DNA from: a virus
DNA length: 64,000 nucleotides
Strand: one strand, 5' to 3'
Virus record (IMG/VR): IMGVR_UViG_3300045918_000146
Span: 15,030-79,029 of that record
In this document: positions 62,096-64,000 of the stretch, piece after piece
Position numbering within the stretch: the first letter of the stretch is position 1
Layout of the letters: each line of letters opens with the position of its first letter
The notes under the pieces: generated by a model
What the model was told of the DNA's origin: nothing
The model's input: the letters and a program-made list of their open reading frames with translations, nothing else
Databases searched by the model: none
Program-made: the position numbers and the translations under genes

Positions 62096-63061
62096 ATGGA
62101 ACAAGATCTAACAACAATTGGATTTTACACTTTGTCGGACTCTCGCGCAAAGCAATCAAATGTGAATTCTCCTCTATGGAGATGTGAACTTATTCTTACA
62201 AGTAGATGTAATTTTAAGTGTCCATATTGTCGATCTGTTGGTGGAGATGATCTATCGTTAGAACAAGCCAAAAATACAGTATCTTTATGGGCTGAACAAG
62301 GGTTGAAGAATATTAGATTCTCTGGTGGCGAACCAACTATGTATAAAGGTATAGTTGAACTTGTTGCGTTTGCAAAATCTCTTGGCATAGGACGTATAGC
62401 ATTGTCTACAAATGGTTCTGCTTCTATGAAGTTATATTATGAGTTATTTAACGCTGGCGTAAATGACTTTTCTATATCACTTGATGCTTGCTGTGCAGAA
62501 GACGGCGATAAAATGGCAGGTAATCGTAGTGGAGCCTTTGCTCGTGTTGTTAACGCAATTACCGAATTATCTAAAATAACTTATGTTACTGTGGGTGTTG
62601 TATTGACAGCCGATAATGTTGGAAATACAGAAAAAATTGTTATGTTTGCTGATTCACTTAGCGTTAGTGATATTCGTGTAATTCCCGCTGCACAAGAAGG
62701 TCAACGTTTACCAAAATTAGATTTACCTATTGATATCTTAAATAAGTATCCTATCTTAAAATATCGTGCAGACAATCTATCGTGTGGTATTCCAGTTCGC
62801 GGGTTAAACGGCGGTACAGCTAAATGTGGCTTAGTTCTTGATGATATGGCTGTAATGGGTGACTCTCATTATCCATGTATTATTTACATGAGGGAAGATG
62901 GTAAACCAATTGGCAAAGTTGGTCCTAACATGAGACATGAAAGAGAAACATGGTATTTAACACATGATAACTATGCCGACCCAATTTGTAGTAAGAATTG
63001 TTTGGATGTATGTGTGAGCTACAATCAAAAACATGCAGATGCACAAAGCAATTTAACATGA
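62096..63061 (+). CDS. Radical SAM enzyme with Cys-rich C-terminus
   Basis: CNFKCPYC, FSGGEPT, STNG, SISLD; C-terminal C...C...CSKNCLDVC. Confidence 0.88.
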   Translation: MEQDLTTIGFYTLSDSRAKQSNVNSPLWRCELILTSRCNFKCPYCRSVGGDDLSLEQAKNTVSLWAEQGLKNIRFSGGEPTMYKGIVELVAFAKSLGIGRIALSTNGSASMKLYYELFNAGVNDFSISLDACCAEDGDKMAGNRSGAFARVVNAITELSKITYVTVGVVLTADNVGNTEKIVMFADSLSVSDIRVIPAAQEGQRLPKLDLPIDILNKYPILKYRADNLSCGIPVRGLNGGTAKCGLVLDDMAVMGDSHYPCIIYMREDGKPIGKVGPNMRHERETWYLTHDNYADPICSKNCLDVCVSYNQKHADAQSNLT

Positions 63062-63172
63062 GGAATAGAAATATGTCAAAAAGTGGAATATTTGAAGGAA
63101 TAGAAATAAGTAAACTAACAATACGCAAACAACAAGAATGGATAATTACTAAAAACCGAAACCAAAACTGAA

Positions 63173-63298
63173 GCATACTCAACAGACTGGTCACAAGGTG
63201 GTCCGATTATTGAGATGATAGAAAACGCTAGTGATGCGTACCACCATACTAGCCAATGGTCAGATGATGAATTTGGGAGTCTTATATTGACCAAATAA
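63173..63298 (+). pseudogene. Fragment of a NinX/DUF2591-like gene
   Basis: YSTDWSQGGPIIE motif without intact ORF. Confidence 0.5.
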
Positions 63299-63335
63299 AC
63301 AATAAAATTCGTATTGCCGCCGATTCTCTTAATGT

Positions 63336-63395
63336 GCCTAACGTAGAGTTAACCAACACCGCTTCTCGGTGTCCGCGTTGAACGACAGGTTGTAC
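63336..63395 (+). mobile_element. attC-like site 3 (60 bp)
   Basis: GCCTAAC-GTAGA-GTTAACC-A-ACACCG-loop-CGGTGT-CCGCGTTGAAC-GACAG-GTTGTAC. Confidence 0.7.
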
Positions 63396-63432
63396 CCCCC
63401 ACGCTGATTTTTTGCCTTTTTGATTAAAGATC

Positions 63433-63460
63433 TTGACTTTTTGGTTAAATGCTGTATAAT
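63433..63460 (+). promoter_or_regulatory. Early promoter, conserved module
   Basis: TTGACT-16 nt-TATAAT then AGCTTTATTAA. Confidence 0.8.
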
Positions 63461-63490
63461 AGCTTTATTAAGTACACAAGGAGCAACAAA

Positions 63491-63646
63491 ATGAATGCAA
63501 ATATCCGTAAAGTAGCAAGCGATTTGTTTGAGATAATTTTTACCGTGCGCGGCAAGGTCGTTGGTTTGGAATACAGGGAAACAGAGAAGTTGGCAAGAGG
63601 TTATGCGCTGACCATGAATGCAGATAAAGTTTTGATAGTGGCCTAA
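63491..63646 (+). CDS. Small hypothetical protein
   Basis: AAGGAG RBS, MNANIRKV. Confidence 0.6.
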   Translation: MNANIRKVASDLFEIIFTVRGKVVGLEYRETEKLARGYALTMNADKVLIVA

Positions 63647-63883
63647 TCATGTTGCGGAGGAATGGGCTGCAAGGCTCACCACTACGCAAGGCTGCGACGA
63701 AAAAGAAATGGACATTCGAGATCAGCCAGAACAGATGGGAATACACCGGATTGCTAATGGTAAAACTGCATTCACGGTTGAGGAAACAGGGAGGAATTCT
63801 ATTATCGCTGATGGCACGGAAATAGAGTTTGATGTGAAAAGTAGTTGACACGAATTAGAGGAATTAAAATGAAAGGAATTAAA

Positions 63884-64000
63884 ATGAAAACAGCCATTAT
63901 TTGTGTTGGTATTAGTGCAAGTGGAAAATCAACATTCGCTAAGTCATGGGTTAATAGCGTAGACCAACTAGCTATTGGAGTAGATCGTGTTGAAATTAAT
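63884..64000 (+). CDS. P-loop kinase, polynucleotide-kinase (PseT)-like, truncated by window end
   Basis: MKTAIICVGISASGKSTFAKSW...RVEIN. Confidence 0.6.
   Translation, partial: MKTAIICVGISASGKSTFAKSWVNSVDQLAIGVDRVEIN

Noticed and set aside
602-63851. Numerous short minus-strand or nested ORFs in the track (for example 43474..43953, 51098..51553, 57893..58291, 39830..40189)
   Set aside because: Antisense shadows of well-supported genes, with no RBS or motifs.
63860-63889. Duplicated GGAATTAAAATGAAA
   Set aside because: Simple 15-bp duplication of an RBS-start region giving two in-frame ATGs; no further structure.
1-64000. Stop-codon reassignment as in some large phages
   Set aside because: Core genes (polymerase, topoisomerase, thyA, que genes) are full length in code 11, and TAA, TAG and TGA all end genes.
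56000-64000. Complete integron with intI and attI
   Set aside because: No tyrosine recombinase ORF in the window; only attC-like sites are supported.

Overview
AT-rich, gene-dense segment of a large lytic dsDNA tailed phage, distantly T4-like, using the standard genetic code. The host is probably Gram-negative (outer-membrane beta-barrel, lipoprotein and sigma70-type promoters). All family calls come from motif recognition by eye, not database searches. About 0.4-14.3 kb: late-type genes, several with T4 capsid-targeting-like N-termini, including two ~1200-aa apparent polyproteins punctuated by [ILVM]-x-E putative prohead-protease sites. 15-37.7 kb: replication and nucleotide genes (family B DNA polymerase, sliding clamp, RNase H-like nuclease, thyA), a dispersed 7-deazaguanine DNA-modification set (TGT/DpdA-like, queC, folE, queD, queE, with a SAM methyltransferase and a phosphoribosyltransferase), acb1 and denV. 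45-48 kb: inverted type II topoisomerase pair. The strongest candidate for an undescribed system is at 48.3-49.2 kb: four promoter-linked structured non-coding RNA units, each closed by a different but perfectly paired 7-bp stem followed by a conserved WTWCAGCA motif, about 1.1 kb upstream of a Ro60-like (DUF2828, vWA) protein and in a region with RNA ligase, YqeY, phosphoesterase and kinase genes. The right third also carries integron attC-like sites around G+C-richer mini-genes and repeated early-promoter modules.
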